Shown here one piece after another: positions 63,240 to 64,000 of a DNA stretch of 64,000 bases. The notes beneath the pieces were generated by a model that did no database searches, had not been told where the DNA came from, and saw only the letters and a program-made list of their open reading frames with translations. The stretch's first letter is position 1. Each line of letters begins with the position of its first letter. This DNA is from Bacteroidales bacterium (GTDB taxonomy: Bacteria; Bacteroidota; Bacteroidia; Bacteroidales; Muribaculaceae), in assembly GCA_020859845.1 (NCBI GenBank), contig JAJBVL010000029.1, positions 2,574 to 66,573 on the forward strand. Reading direction: 5' to 3'. The position numbers and the translations under genes were made by a program.

Positions 63240-64000
63240 CGCTCTTCTTCAGGGTGAGTGTTGCGATATTCCCGGTAGGGGGTATTGAGGTCGAGATAGT
63301 GGAAGTTGTGCTGCACACGTTTTTCCACCGGTGGTATCGTCATATACTCCCCATACATATTGCGCAGATATGGGTCATAGTCCTTGATGCCCATCATCGT
63401 CTCGCCCTCAAATGTGTAGGGCACATAGACGTCGGTGATGGTCTTAGGCAATACACCATGCCATCCATCGGTGTAGCTTGAGGCATACTTGGCTTTGCCA
63501 TAGTCGTAGCGCGTCAAGACGCGGCGTATGCGGCTCTGGATGCCTTGCATCGAGTAGAGCTTGCGTGTCAAGAGTGGCACCCAGCTGCTGGGCCCATGGC
63601 CATGCTTATAGGGGTCGCGGTGCACGAGGTAGAGAGCTTGCTTGAGCCAGGCATACTGCGCACACTGCCACCATCGGGCTATCAGATTTGTAGGGTAAGC
63701 ATCGTAGGGAAACACGTCGATGTATACGCCGCCGAGATAGTGGAGGTGTCGGCGTTCGATGAGGGTGGTCGATGCGTCTTGTATCTTGGCGAAAGGGAGA
63801 GGATAGAGAGGATCGTTCTCGGCGCATACAAGCTCGTAGGGCGCTGGAAGCCATTCGTTGGCGTGGGCTATCAGCTGCTCATAGTCAGGGCGAGGCATAG
63901 ATATGTCGAGGTCGTCGTCCCACGGGATAAACCCTCTGTGGCGCACAGCGCCCAAGAGGGTGCCTCCCACAAGGCAATAGCGCAAGTTGTGTTCCTGACA
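63236..64000 (-). CDS. licD: LicD-family phosphotransferase; the N-terminus lies beyond the window edge.
   Basis: It contains YCLVGGTLLGAVRHRGFIPWDDDLDISMPR. The frame stays open to position 64000, and the track start at 63985 is TTG. It overlaps the GT4 gene by 4 nt. Confidence 0.75.
   Translation of the reverse strand, partial: CQEHNLRYCLVGGTLLGAVRHRGFIPWDDDLDISMPRPDYEQLIAHANEWLPAPYELVCAENDPLYPLPFAKIQDASTTLIERRHLHYLGGVYIDVFPYDAYPTNLIARWWQCAQYAWLKQALYLVHRDPYKHGHGPSSWVPLLTRKLYSMQGIQSRIRRVLTRYDYGKAKYASSYTDGWHGVLPKTITDVYVPYTFEGETMMGIKDYDPYLRNMYGEYMTIPPVEKRVQHNFHYLDLNTPYREYRNTHPEEER

Overview
This 64-kb chromosomal window comes from a Bacteroidota (Bacteroidales-type) genome. The evidence is a SusC/SusD pair, several proteins with T9SS C-terminal sorting domains, a DUF3575-type fimbrial operon, TAnnTTTG promoter motifs and no Shine-Dalgarno sequences. 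From left to right the window holds: (1) a minus-strand fimbrial operon (DUF3868/DUF3575, DUF5119-like, fimbrillin) preceded by a tyrosine recombinase and a candidate invertible promoter flanked by 22-bp inverted repeats; (2) a divergent three-gene array (J-domain protein, HIRAN-like, EVE/PUA-like) punctuated by three copies of a conserved hairpin element; (3) two T9SS cargo proteins, a YbaK/ProX-type deacylase, and a BspA-like LRR gene broken by one in-frame TAG; (4) a galactan-type PUL (hybrid two-component regulator, clan-A glycoside hydrolase, SusC, SusD, SusE/F-like, GH53); (5) a minus-strand T9SS cargo island (giant LRR protein, S8 peptidase, and an unknown protein whose signal peptide is out of frame); (6) galK, a thioredoxin lipoprotein and nagB; (7) a thiD-thiS-tenI/thiE-thiE-thiG-thiC-thiH operon under a TPP riboswitch; (8) menD-menB-menC-menE; (9) housekeeping genes (META lipoprotein, PASTA protein, rluD, acyltransferase, metallophosphoesterase, tex, folK-like, comEC, yeiH-like, aroE, GT4, licD). 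The main hunt results are the recombinase-adjacent hairpin-punctuated gene array, the OFF-oriented invertible promoter, several families of short tandem repeats that start at stop codons and fill intercistronic gaps, a dispersed hairpin element, and two disrupted T9SS cargo genes. All functional calls rest on motif recognition by eye; no database search was run.
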